Source of the DNA: Candidatus Bathyarchaeota archaeon
GTDB taxonomy: Archaea; Thermoproteota; Bathyarchaeia; Bathyarchaeales; Bathycorpusculaceae
Assembly: GCA_963832745.1 (NCBI GenBank)
Contig: CAWHVC010000005.1
Coordinates: forward strand, 320,001-384,000
DNA length: 64,000 nt
Direction of reading: 5' to 3'
Shown: one piece after another, positions 47,338 through 56,359 of the stretch
How positions within the stretch are numbered: the stretch's first letter is position 1
Layout of the letters: each line of letters starts with the position of its first letter
Program-made: the position numbers and the translations under genes
The notes under the pieces: model-generated
What the model was told of the DNA's origin: nothing
Database searches by the model: none
Seen by the model: the letters and a program-made list of their open reading frames with translations, nothing else

Positions 47338-48273
47338 ATGATTTACCTTGTAGGCACAAGAGGCAGCAAACTCGCCTTAGCCCAAACAAACCGCACACTC
47401 GAACAAATCCGACAGAAACATCCTGATGTTGATTTTAAATTAAAAATAATTAAAACTGAAGGCGATAAAGAACACGGAAAACCACTGTTCAGCATTGACG
47501 CTAAAGGCATTTTTGAGCGAGAAATTGACCAAGAAGTTGTTGCTGGAGAAATCGATTTCGCGGTTCACAGCCTAAAAGATGTTCCCATTGTGGAGCAGCA
47601 AACAGGCACAGTTCTCGCGGCAATTCCAAAACGAGACTCGCCATGCGATGTCTTCATTTCCAAAAACGGTGTCAAGCTTGAAGATTTGCCTAAAGGCTCA
47701 GTTGTAGGAACAGGAAGCCTACGACGTTTAGCTGAAATAAAATACATTCGCCCCGACTTGGAAGTTGAACCCATACGCGGCAATGTTGACACAAGAATCG
47801 GCAAAGTTCAAAAAGGCGACCTAGCGGGCGTTGTAATTGCGGAGGCTGGGCTTGAACGGATGAACATAACCAACGAAATGACCCAGCGGTTATCTTTAGA
47901 CCTGTTCCCGTCAGCGGCTGGGCAAGGAACAATTGCGATTGTTGCCAAAGAAGGAAATACCCGTCTGATTGAGATTTTGCAGTCAGTAGAAGACAAGGCT
48001 ACCCGAGCAGAAATAACAGCAGAACGCAGTTTAGTATTGAAACTGGCAGGCGGCTGCCGTGTTCCAATTGGCGCTGTTGGTCAAGCAGTTGGTGACACAT
48101 TAACTGTTTATGGCGCAATTTATTCACTTAATGAAAGAAAGAAAATTTGTGCATCCGCAAAAGGCAAGCTTGCTGAGGCCGACGCGTTAGGACGTAAAGT
48201 AGGCGAAGACCTAATAGCGCAGGGTGCAGAAGACATCGAAAAGGAATGGCGTGAAAAGTATGGTGTATGGTAA
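47338..48273 (+). CDS. hemC: hydroxymethylbilane synthase
   Basis: GTRGSKLALAQ, AVHSLKD, RGNVDTR, GGCRVP. Confidence 0.97.
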   Translation: MIYLVGTRGSKLALAQTNRTLEQIRQKHPDVDFKLKIIKTEGDKEHGKPLFSIDAKGIFEREIDQEVVAGEIDFAVHSLKDVPIVEQQTGTVLAAIPKRDSPCDVFISKNGVKLEDLPKGSVVGTGSLRRLAEIKYIRPDLEVEPIRGNVDTRIGKVQKGDLAGVVIAEAGLERMNITNEMTQRLSLDLFPSAAGQGTIAIVAKEGNTRLIEILQSVEDKATRAEITAERSLVLKLAGGCRVPIGAVGQAVGDTLTVYGAIYSLNERKKICASAKGKLAEADALGRKVGEDLIAQGAEDIEKEWREKYGVW

Positions 48274-49018
48274 AGTTTACCTTGTCGGCGCAGGTCCCGG
48301 CGACCCCAAACTGTTAACTGTAAAAGCAGTTGAAACAATTCAGAAGGCAGACGTACTTATCTATGACCGTTTAGGCGTTAACGAAGAAGTACTCAACATG
48401 GCACCCGCAAAGGCCGAAAGAATTTTTGTAGGCAAACGCACAGGCATGCATGAAGTGCCGCAAGACCAAATCACCAACTTAATCGTTCAGAAAGCCAAAG
48501 AAGGCGGCACAGTTGTACGGCTAAAGGGTGGAGACCCATTCATTTTTGGCAGAGGCGGCGAAGAAGCCGAAGCCTTAGTTGCAGAAGGCATAAAGTTCGA
48601 AATTATTCCCGGCATCAGCAGTAGTGTTGCAGCGCCGATGTATGCGGGTATACCACTGACTCACCGTGACTACGCAGCTTCAGTCGCCATCATTACAGGT
48701 CACCGTGCAGGGGACTCAGAAAAACCTGTTGATTGGGTAAAAATCGCCAACGCTGTTGATACTATGGTTATTCTGATGGGTGTTGAATCGCTCGAAGGTA
48801 TCGTTTCAAAACTGCTCAAAGGCGGAATCAGTTCTGACCGGCCAGTAGCAATGGTTGAATCTGGAACGCTTCCGCAACAGCGTACACTAATTGCCACGTT
48901 AGGTACAGTCATAGCTAAAGCCAAAGAAAACGACCTCAAACCGCCATCAGTCATTCTTATCGGTGAAGTAGCAAAATTAGGTAGGACGCTTGCATGGTTC
49001 AAACAGCCAATTCCTTAA
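48260..49018 (+). CDS. cobA: uroporphyrinogen-III C-methyltransferase
   Basis: VGAGPGDP, RLKGGDPFIFGRGGEE, GIPLTHR. Confidence 0.95.
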   Translation: MVYGKVYLVGAGPGDPKLLTVKAVETIQKADVLIYDRLGVNEEVLNMAPAKAERIFVGKRTGMHEVPQDQITNLIVQKAKEGGTVVRLKGGDPFIFGRGGEEAEALVAEGIKFEIIPGISSSVAAPMYAGIPLTHRDYAASVAIITGHRAGDSEKPVDWVKIANAVDTMVILMGVESLEGIVSKLLKGGISSDRPVAMVESGTLPQQRTLIATLGTVIAKAKENDLKPPSVILIGEVAKLGRTLAWFKQPIP

Positions 49019-49821
49019 AAGGCAAAACCATAGCCTTAACCCGACCTGCTGGTCAAGCAGAAGAAGCAGGCAAACTCATCCAAGCCAAAGGCGGTATTCC
49101 ATACTATATTCCTGCTATAGAAATCAAGCCACTTAGCAACCCTGAACCCGTAAAACATTTCATTAACGAATTGCAAGCCTGCAAAGTGGACTATGTTATT
49201 TTGATGAGTACCAACGGCGTCAAGTACCTTTTTGCGGTTGCTGAAAGCATAAGCCAAGCTGATGCGCTTAGATGTGGGCTTGCACGCTCATTTATTATTG
49301 GCGTTGGGCCTCGAACTGCACAGGAGCTTGAAGCTTACGGCGTACACGTTGATTTGGTTCCTGAAAAGTACAGTTCCGAAGGGCTGCTTGAAGTTTTAAA
49401 ACCCAAGGACATCAACGGAAAAGTCATTAGGATTCCGCGAACAACAAGTGCAACCCCCACCCTGAATGAGCAACTTACAGCATTGGGCGCTGAAGTTCAA
49501 GAAATTCATGTTTATGAATCCAGCTTGCCAGTTGATGAGACCTTGAAAACCAAATTTTTCGAGGACTTAACAGGCGGACGCATAGACGCGGTTCTTTTCG
49601 GCAGTGGGCTTAGTGCAAAAAACATTTTCAAAATGCTTACTGAAAAGGCGTCGATGGAGCATCTTAGAAAGCTGTTGGCGGAAAAAGTGACGATTGTTGC
49701 TATTGGTCCCACTACTGCACAAGCTTTAGACGAACTCGGCGTCAAAGTTGACGTAGTGCCAAAGGACTACCTGTTTGAAGAAGCCCTCTCAGCCCTTGCA
49801 GGGTATTGGGCAAAAAATTAA
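48994..49821 (+). CDS. hemD: uroporphyrinogen-III synthase
   Basis: LTRP, STNGV, VGPRTA, AIGPTTA. Confidence 0.9.
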   Translation: MVQTANSLKGKTIALTRPAGQAEEAGKLIQAKGGIPYYIPAIEIKPLSNPEPVKHFINELQACKVDYVILMSTNGVKYLFAVAESISQADALRCGLARSFIIGVGPRTAQELEAYGVHVDLVPEKYSSEGLLEVLKPKDINGKVIRIPRTTSATPTLNEQLTALGAEVQEIHVYESSLPVDETLKTKFFEDLTGGRIDAVLFGSGLSAKNIFKMLTEKASMEHLRKLLAEKVTIVAIGPTTAQALDELGVKVDVVPKDYLFEEALSALAGYWAKN

Positions 49822-49826
49822 CTTTT

Positions 49827-50996
49827 TTACTCGTTTATTTCTATATCAACATAACGAAGAAGCGGTATCGCTAAAATCGCTATAACTGCTGACGCGATGA
49901 AACCTACCTCGAAGCCGAAACCACCAATTATTATGCCGCCAACCAACGCGCCAGCTACGTTTCCCATAGAAATGATTGATAATAGTTCTCCCTGCGTGGT
50001 TCCCTTACGGCCAGGCGGAGACTGAGCAATGGCAAAACACACTATCGGAAACCAAAGCAACGCGTAACATATGAGAAAGGCGATTTCAAGAATCAAAGGC
50101 AAAATAAAGACGACGCTGAATTGGTTAGCAATGAAAAAGGTTAATCCTGCCCAAACCAAGATGAGCAGGCCTCTGGCGCCAATCATAGTGGCAATCAATT
50201 TTTTTGAACTCATTTTAACCCGTGGAACCAACCGGTTAAACGCGTAAACTGTAGCAATGTTTTCTGCAACGTTTATGCCTATAATCATGCTAGATGATAA
50301 CCCGATTGCAGTCATCAACGGCACCTCACCAACGCCGTACGCGTAAACACCGGTCCAATGAATTAAGCAAATAAGAAACAGGATTTGGATCGGTTTTAGT
50401 TTTCTAAAGTTTCGTGGAATCCTGATTTTTCTTATGTCAAAATAGTCTCTAATGGAGTAGGCTTCCCGTTCAAGCGGCAACAAGGGTTCTTTAGCAGTTT
50501 TCCAAAGCATCACCACTGAAATCAGGCATAAACCCGCGGAAAGGTACAGTATCCAGCTTAATGGAATAATCAACGCAAGAATCGTGTTTAAAACGAGCCC
50601 AACTATGATTCCGACGTTTAAAAAAGAGTTAAATTTGACAACTTCTTGCCGCCAATTTTTTCCTTCCCTGTATTCAATCGCGTACATTGAGGCTATAGGT
50701 TGAATACCGCCGGTGAAAGCAGCGAGAGTCGTGTACAACACTGTTAGGGAGAGAACCGAGTTGGAAAAACCGAGTAGTATAAACATGGGTGCAGATAGCA
50801 AGAAAAGTAATAGCATGAACTTTTTTCGTAAACCAAAAAAATCTGAAATTCTGCCCCAAAAAAGTGAAAAAACAATTGTTGCCGCCGAATTTAACGCGAT
50901 TAGCAAACCGATTTCAAACAAGCCTGCCCCGCTGGCAAGTGCAATCAGTACAATAACAACTTTTATGGAGCCAATTGCCATGTTGATTGGTATCAA
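49827..50996 (-). CDS. MFS transporter
   Basis: about 11-12 TM; WGRISDFFGLRK motif A; frame stays open ~18 codons upstream of the annotated start. Confidence 0.8.
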   Translation of the reverse strand: MIPINMAIGSIKVVIVLIALASGAGLFEIGLLIALNSAATIVFSLFWGRISDFFGLRKKFMLLLFLLSAPMFILLGFSNSVLSLTVLYTTLAAFTGGIQPIASMYAIEYREGKNWRQEVVKFNSFLNVGIIVGLVLNTILALIIPLSWILYLSAGLCLISVVMLWKTAKEPLLPLEREAYSIRDYFDIRKIRIPRNFRKLKPIQILFLICLIHWTGVYAYGVGEVPLMTAIGLSSSMIIGINVAENIATVYAFNRLVPRVKMSSKKLIATMIGARGLLILVWAGLTFFIANQFSVVFILPLILEIAFLICYALLWFPIVCFAIAQSPPGRKGTTQGELLSIISMGNVAGALVGGIIIGGFGFEVGFIASAVIAILAIPLLRYVDIEINE

Positions 50997-51226
50997 CGAA
51001 TAATACCATGCAGAATCATCGATGACAGGTCTTTTTAAAAACTTCAGAAATAATCACGCACAAACAGCGTTTATGTTCTAATTACAGTATTGTTAAGCCT
51101 GTTAATTTCTTTTAGTGCCCTACGCAGTGTAGTAGTCTGTTTGTAGTCACTATGGTTTAAAAAACTGGCTAATCACAGAGGATAATGCGTAAACTGTTTC
51201 TATTTTTTGGTTAAGGCTTTTAGGAG

Positions 51227-51472
51227 GTGGACATTATCGCAGAGGACAAAAGTGGCAAAATAAAATTTACTTTTGAAGTAGATATAAACTCGCCAATGAT
51301 GCAGCTAATCAAAGAAGACGTTGAAATAATGACGGATTTGATGGCTCAAGGTATAGCGGCTGCAAGAAAACAGATGCAGCAACAAAGAAACATGCCAAAG
51401 GGCCCGATGGCTTGGGGGCACGGTGGCCACGGCGGAATGGGCTACATGCACCATGGAATGGGTTCAGAATAA
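51227..51472 (+). CDS. small hypothetical protein with Gly/His/Met-rich tail
   Basis: AGGAGG overlapping the start region; WGHGGHGGMGYMHHG tail. Confidence 0.55.
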   Translation: MDIIAEDKSGKIKFTFEVDINSPMMQLIKEDVEIMTDLMAQGIAAARKQMQQQRNMPKGPMAWGHGGHGGMGYMHHGMGSE

Positions 51473-51483
51473 AGAAGTATAGG

Positions 51484-52257
51484 TTAAAGGTAGCTTGAAT
51501 CAAACGTGGGCTCAACAGTTACTTGTCCTAAAAGTTTCTCGGCAGCTTCTTGCTGCTCTTTAGTTCCCCAAATTCCAAGATAAACTGCTCCTTCAGCGCC
51601 ACAGATGCCGCCGGCAGCAATCAACTCCGCAGAAGCCCCAGTTAACTGCTTGATTGCGTCAAGTTCTGTGAAAACTTGGCCTGGAATGGGCATCAAACGG
51701 TAGCCGCCTGCGCCGGGAGTGTTGATTTTTTCTGATAAACATTGTAGGTCTCCGTTGACGCGTTTCTCTAATCCAACGGCTATGATTAGTTTTATTCTTC
51801 GTCCAAAAACTATGGGCAAGGATACACCGATTGTTCCTGCTTTGGGGTGACCAATCAAAAGCGCTGCCTGCTTGCGTTCAAGGTTAAGCGCGTTTGCGCC
51901 TTTAATGATAACATCGCCTTCTTTTAGGCTATCAGCGACATCGTTAATGGTTTTTCCTTTTTGCCACTCGCCTTTAGTGATGATTACGTCTCCGGGGAAT
52001 TGGTTTTCATCAACTAAGCGTCCTTCAGCGGAGAGACGCATGGCGGGTGGCAGGGTTAAGCCTCGGAAGAAGTGCTTTCTTGAAAAACCCTCGATGTTTA
52101 AGGTTTTGAGGAGTTCTTCAGCTACGTAACCGTTTGTGGTTCCCGCAATTATGACGAGCGTGCCGTTTTTTGCCGCGTCCTGAACAGTTGGGTTATGGGC
52201 TAAGGCTTTACCGATTAAACGTTTACCCGCTGATGAAGTTACTATGAACTGTTTCAT
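51484..52257 (-). CDS. conserved hypothetical protein
   Basis: KRLIGKA, GTTNGYVAEE, KGANAL, GLEK, AAGG.CGAEG; globular composition. Confidence 0.7.
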   Translation of the reverse strand: MKQFIVTSSAGKRLIGKALAHNPTVQDAAKNGTLVIIAGTTNGYVAEELLKTLNIEGFSRKHFFRGLTLPPAMRLSAEGRLVDENQFPGDVIITKGEWQKGKTINDVADSLKEGDVIIKGANALNLERKQAALLIGHPKAGTIGVSLPIVFGRRIKLIIAVGLEKRVNGDLQCLSEKINTPGAGGYRLMPIPGQVFTELDAIKQLTGASAELIAAGGICGAEGAVYLGIWGTKEQQEAAEKLLGQVTVEPTFDSSYL

Positions 52258-52334
52258 TCTATGTCCTCATTAGAGTTTAATGATTTTTTCTAAATTAAAG
52301 TTAGCTCCAAACTGCCCTATTTTTTAGACCCTGT

Positions 52335-52356
52335 TTAGTCAAAGTTTCTTGACGAG
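52335..52356. promoter_or_regulatory. TTAGTCAA-N6-TTGAC site upstream of TATA
   Basis: TTAGTCAAAGTTTCTTGACGAG then ATTAAATA; matches the 8475 site. Confidence 0.6.
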
Positions 52357-52401
52357 AATCATTAAATATGGTCATCCGTCAAAGAAATAATTTGAGGCAC
52401 C

Positions 52402-54162
52402 ATGGACACTCTAAACCAAAAAATCAAAGAAACGATTCCCGCATGTATCATATTGGTGTTACTCTTAGCGTCATTTTCAACTTGCAGCCAAGAATTCGTC
52501 GGTGCTACTCCTATAGGATTTACGGGTGTCATTAGAATAAATGCTGACGGCTCAGTTGAGGGAACCGACAAGATAAGCATAAACGGAAACGTTTACACCC
52601 TTACGGGTGACATAACAGGCGGCGTTGAGGATGGAGCGATTTTTATCACAATTGATCGTGATGGGATAGTTTTTGATGGTGCAGGAAAAACAATTCAGGG
52701 AACAAACGGCGGCACAGCAATCGGACTTTATGGAAGAAGTGACGTCACAATTAAGAACCTGAAAATCGTTAATTTTGGAACAGGCATCGAACTTTATACA
52801 TACAGTCTCGATTCTAACTCGACTGCTTCAAACAACCGCATAATTGATAATTATTTTGAAACTAAATATTGGGCAATTGACCTCCGCGGAGTTAAAGGGC
52901 TTGTTTCAGGGAACAAGTTTATCTCAAAAAACAGCATGTATGGGGTAAACTTCTGGGCTAACGAAACCAGTTTTACCAACAACATGTTTACTAACGGTGG
53001 TCTCACTTTCAACACTCCTGGAATTTTAAACGTGTTTTCAGACAACACAATTAACGGTAAGCCTTTGGTGGTTCTTGAGGGGCAGTCTAACCAGATTGTT
53101 GATGGCGCCAATCAAGTGGTTCTCATTAACTGCAAAAATATGGTGATTCAAAACGTTGTTGATGTACGTTTAAGGCAGTCTATACTTCTTTTTGGGACAA
53201 CTGACACTAAGGTTACCAATTGTACAACGAGAAACGTAATGCTGACGAATTCCCACAGTAACACTTTAATCGGTAACGAATTCTCCGAAACAGCCTTCAT
53301 GGGTGGTTATGGCACTGCGGCAGTGAAACTTTTGTCGTCGCATAACAACACAATAACTCAGAACTCGCTGAAGGGAACAGGTTGCTACGGTATTATTCTT
53401 ACAGGGTCAGGATACAATAAGATAGAAAATAACAACATCACTTCAACCAGCTCTGACCGTGCAGGCATACTTCTGGAATCTGCTGGCTGTGAATACAATT
53501 ACGTTTATGAAAACAAAATAACCTCAGAAGCATACGGAATCTATCTGCAGACCGGTGCCGAACACAATGTTTTCTTCAAAAACAGCATTAACAACTGCAA
53601 AGACAGCCTCATGATGAGCGGTTCATTATTTAACGATTTTTTGGGGAACACTTTTTCTGGGGCAAGCCAATATGTCGTCTATCTTGGTGGGTCAGATCAT
53701 AATAATTTTGTTTGGAACAGCTTCGAAGGCAACACAGTAGTTGTGGAAGCACATGAGATGTACTGGATGAGCTTCACAAACGGGTCTTATTACGCTGAGT
53801 ACACTAAGTGGGATAACGGCAAAGAAGGCAACTACTGGAGCGACTATAATGGCTCAGACATGAACGGTGACGGCATAGGCGAAACACCATATCACGTTTA
53901 CGAAAACTTCACCGACAACTATCCGTTAACGAAACCGTATGATGCGATCAAAATTCATGTTGACTTCAAAGAATGGAATTCTACAATCGCTCCTACAGCA
54001 TCCGTAGACCCGCAGGTTTCGACAACTGAAACCCCGATGCCCACCCCGTCGCCTAACAGTTTTCCAGTAATGCCTGCGCTTACTGCTGGCGGCGTAATTG
54101 CAGTTGCCTGTGCCGTTTTGCTGTGGCATTTCAAAAAAGCGTCTAAAATAGGTTTAAGCTAA
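52402..54162 (+). CDS. exported NosD/CASH beta-helix protein with C-terminal anchor
   Basis: IRINADGSVEGT, DGAG..IQG, WDNGKEGNYWSDYNGSD.NGDGIG.TPY, DNYPL, TM plus KK. Confidence 0.88.
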   Translation: MDTLNQKIKETIPACIILVLLLASFSTCSQEFVGATPIGFTGVIRINADGSVEGTDKISINGNVYTLTGDITGGVEDGAIFITIDRDGIVFDGAGKTIQGTNGGTAIGLYGRSDVTIKNLKIVNFGTGIELYTYSLDSNSTASNNRIIDNYFETKYWAIDLRGVKGLVSGNKFISKNSMYGVNFWANETSFTNNMFTNGGLTFNTPGILNVFSDNTINGKPLVVLEGQSNQIVDGANQVVLINCKNMVIQNVVDVRLRQSILLFGTTDTKVTNCTTRNVMLTNSHSNTLIGNEFSETAFMGGYGTAAVKLLSSHNNTITQNSLKGTGCYGIILTGSGYNKIENNNITSTSSDRAGILLESAGCEYNYVYENKITSEAYGIYLQTGAEHNVFFKNSINNCKDSLMMSGSLFNDFLGNTFSGASQYVVYLGGSDHNNFVWNSFEGNTVVVEAHEMYWMSFTNGSYYAEYTKWDNGKEGNYWSDYNGSDMNGDGIGETPYHVYENFTDNYPLTKPYDAIKIHVDFKEWNSTIAPTASVDPQVSTTETPMPTPSPNSFPVMPALTAGGVIAVACAVLLWHFKKASKIGLS

Positions 54163-54230
54163 AGAATAATAATAAAAAATTAAAAAAGAATAAAAGATTT
54201 AAACGAAGTTAAAGATGCAAAAGCTTGCGC

Positions 54231-54374
54231 TTAGTATCTTCGTGGTGGTCTTCGTTTTGCGTAGCACTCGCGGCAGTAAACTGGCCTGCTACCGTCTGGC
54301 TTGAAAGGAACATCACATTCTTTTCCGCAGTCTGCGCAGGTTGCCTTGTGCATCTCTCTGTTACCGTATGACAT
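54231..54374 (-). CDS. unannotated 47 aa CxxC-x17-CxxC zinc-ribbon protein
   Basis: MSYGNREMHKATCADCGKECDVPFKPDGSRPVYCRECYAKRRPPRRY; AGGAG SD. Confidence 0.9.
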   Translation of the reverse strand: MSYGNREMHKATCADCGKECDVPFKPDGSRPVYCRECYAKRRPPRRY

Positions 54375-54397
54375 ATTCGCTATTTCAACTCCTACTA

Positions 54398-54432
54398 TAT
54401 TCGAGTGTAAGAACTTCTTCTCACACGAAATA
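54398..54432 (-). promoter_or_regulatory. 5'-UTR stem-loop of the 54374 gene
   Basis: UAUUUCGUGUGAGAA-GAAG-UUCUUACACUCGAAUA between TATA (TTTATAAG ~54451-54458) and the SD. Confidence 0.55.
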
Positions 54433-54643
54433 CAACATGTGGCAACGACACTTATAAACTGATGCCTTGTGAACTTTGATATATCCTAAAGAAAAGATGA
54501 AAATTTCCTTTAACAAAAAAATTGTAGAGAACAGAAAGTAAGCGAGGAAGCTCTGTATAGAGAAAAATATTGTTTTCTTTTTATGGTTAAAATTGGTATT
54601 TTGCGTTTAACCTTAAATATTAGACTTTGCAGATTTGAATACA

Positions 54644-54712
54644 GAAGCTTTCGCCTCATCTTAAAGCCCAGAATACATTTTTGGGTGAATTCAGGGCAAA
54701 AGCTCGTTTTTT
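54644..54712 (+). ncRNA. candidate small structured RNA or leader
   Basis: TTAAATA ~54613; AGCUUUCGCC/GGCAAAAGCU outer stem, CCCAGAA/UUUUGGG inner stem, U6 tract. Confidence 0.35.
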
Positions 54713-54839
54713 AACAGTCAACCTAATATAGGAAGACTGCCAAATGTATTATAATTGTTTGGATTCTTGAGAAAAGGAACCGAAGCTTAGTTCACTTTTT
54801 CTCTGTTTCTAAAAAAGTAAAATGATTGGAGGGGGAAAT

Positions 54840-55484
54840 TTGAGACAAAAGAAATCCACTTTAGGCGAACATCTTGCCCTTGTATCAGTTAAATATAACG
54901 TTTACCCGGCTGAAGTTGTTCAAGCATTAATTGATGCCAGAGAAGCCGGTAAATCTACTTGCGGCGAACTCTCAGTAGAGTACCGCGGAAAAGCAAAAGA
55001 CGAAATAATCTTTTTAATCAAAAAAGACGAAAGCGTTGTCGCCCAATTCAAAGTTGACGAAGAATTCCTTTCTAGGAATAACGATGCCTCTTTTGAAAAT
55101 TACATGAGCACCGACAAGATACGCAAAAAAATTGCTAAACAAAACACCGACACAATCTTTAGCACTGTACAAGAATTACGTTCAGGCATGAAACATATAA
55201 ACCTCAAAGCCAAAGTCCAAGAAATACCAAAACCCGCACAAGTACACACACAATTCGGCAACACAGCAATGGTTGTAAACGCGTTGATCGGCGATGAAAC
55301 AGGCACCGTTAAACTATGTCTTTGGGAAGGACAAATTAATTCTGTCGCTTTAGGCGATGAAATTGAAATCAGAAATGCACAAGTTTGTCTTTTTAGAGGC
55401 GAAAAACAGTTGAGGCTTGGCAAAAACGGTGCAATCACCGTATTAAACTCAACTGAAGCAGCACCAACAATCGTGGCAAAGTAA
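54840..55484 (+). CDS. single OB-fold (SSB/RPA-like) protein with N-terminal extra domain
   Basis: ELRSGMKHINLKAKV, IGDETGTVKLCLW, GDEIEIRNA.V..FRGEKQLRLGKNG. Confidence 0.8.
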   Translation: MRQKKSTLGEHLALVSVKYNVYPAEVVQALIDAREAGKSTCGELSVEYRGKAKDEIIFLIKKDESVVAQFKVDEEFLSRNNDASFENYMSTDKIRKKIAKQNTDTIFSTVQELRSGMKHINLKAKVQEIPKPAQVHTQFGNTAMVVNALIGDETGTVKLCLWEGQINSVALGDEIEIRNAQVCLFRGEKQLRLGKNGAITVLNSTEAAPTIVAK

Positions 55485-55497
55485 ATTTAACGTTATT

Positions 55498-55740
55498 TTA
55501 GGCAGTGACGGGTTTTTCCGTGCGGCCTTTCCAGCTTTCTCTTCGACGTGACCACGCCTGTTTTGAGTTACTATTTTTGTCTGTTTTTTGACTTCTTGGT
55601 TGTCTGGAACCCGAACTGGAACGATGTTTAGCTAAACATTCTTTGCAGTAAACTGGTTTTCCAGCTGTTGGTTTAAAGGGGACCGTTGCGGTTTTGCCAC
55701 AATCAGAACATTTAATTTCCGTCATTACCCGTTCAGACAT
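55498..55740 (-). CDS. CxxC-x17-CxxC zinc-ribbon protein with basic tail
   Basis: CSDCGKTATVPFKPTAGKPVYCKEC. Confidence 0.88.
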   Translation of the reverse strand: MSERVMTEIKCSDCGKTATVPFKPTAGKPVYCKECLAKHRSSSGSRQPRSQKTDKNSNSKQAWSRRRESWKGRTEKPVTA

Positions 55741-55844
55741 ATCAAAAACCCATCATTTTTTCAAGATTAAAAAAGCTTGTATTTCTAGAGTTCCCGATTG
55801 ACTTAAACGTTTGTATACCTTGATTTGTTGTAACGTGAAAATGC

Positions 55845-56219
55845 ATGAAACCCACGATTGTTAAAGCCAGCAGTCTAAACGAGTACCTTACACCTGAGCG
55901 TTGTTTTATTGCAGAAAATTATGGTTCAAGTGACGGTAAAGTCTCCGTTGCCATAGCCCGAGTGAAACCAGGGGTCACTACCGTTGCTCATCATCTTGAA
56001 GGTATAGAAGAAATTTACATAATCACCGAAGGCAAAGGTGTCATGGAAACAAAAGGCATGGAGCCAGCCGAAGTTACAGTGGGTGACGTAGTAATCATTC
56101 CAGACGGCGTTTCTCAACGGATAAAGAACACGGGTGGTTGTGACTTGGTTTTTTACTGTGTTTGCACGCCAAGGTTTGTGCAAGAGTGTTATTTCAGTGA
56201 TGAACCTGCCGATAAGTAA
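55845..56219 (+). CDS. cupin domain protein
   Basis: PG..TVAHHL.GIEEIY, GDVVIIP, NTG, CTP. Confidence 0.85.
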   Translation: MKPTIVKASSLNEYLTPERCFIAENYGSSDGKVSVAIARVKPGVTTVAHHLEGIEEIYIITEGKGVMETKGMEPAEVTVGDVVIIPDGVSQRIKNTGGCDLVFYCVCTPRFVQECYFSDEPADK

Positions 56220-56359
56220 CCCTACTTTTGTTTGCATTATTAGGCCCCTGTTGAAGTTAACAGGACAAATAATTTGTGAATCTCATCTTTAACTTAGCAA
56301 TCCTTTTATAATCCCCCTCGCTTGTAGGGCGAAAATAAAATGTTGCCTGGTCTTACATT

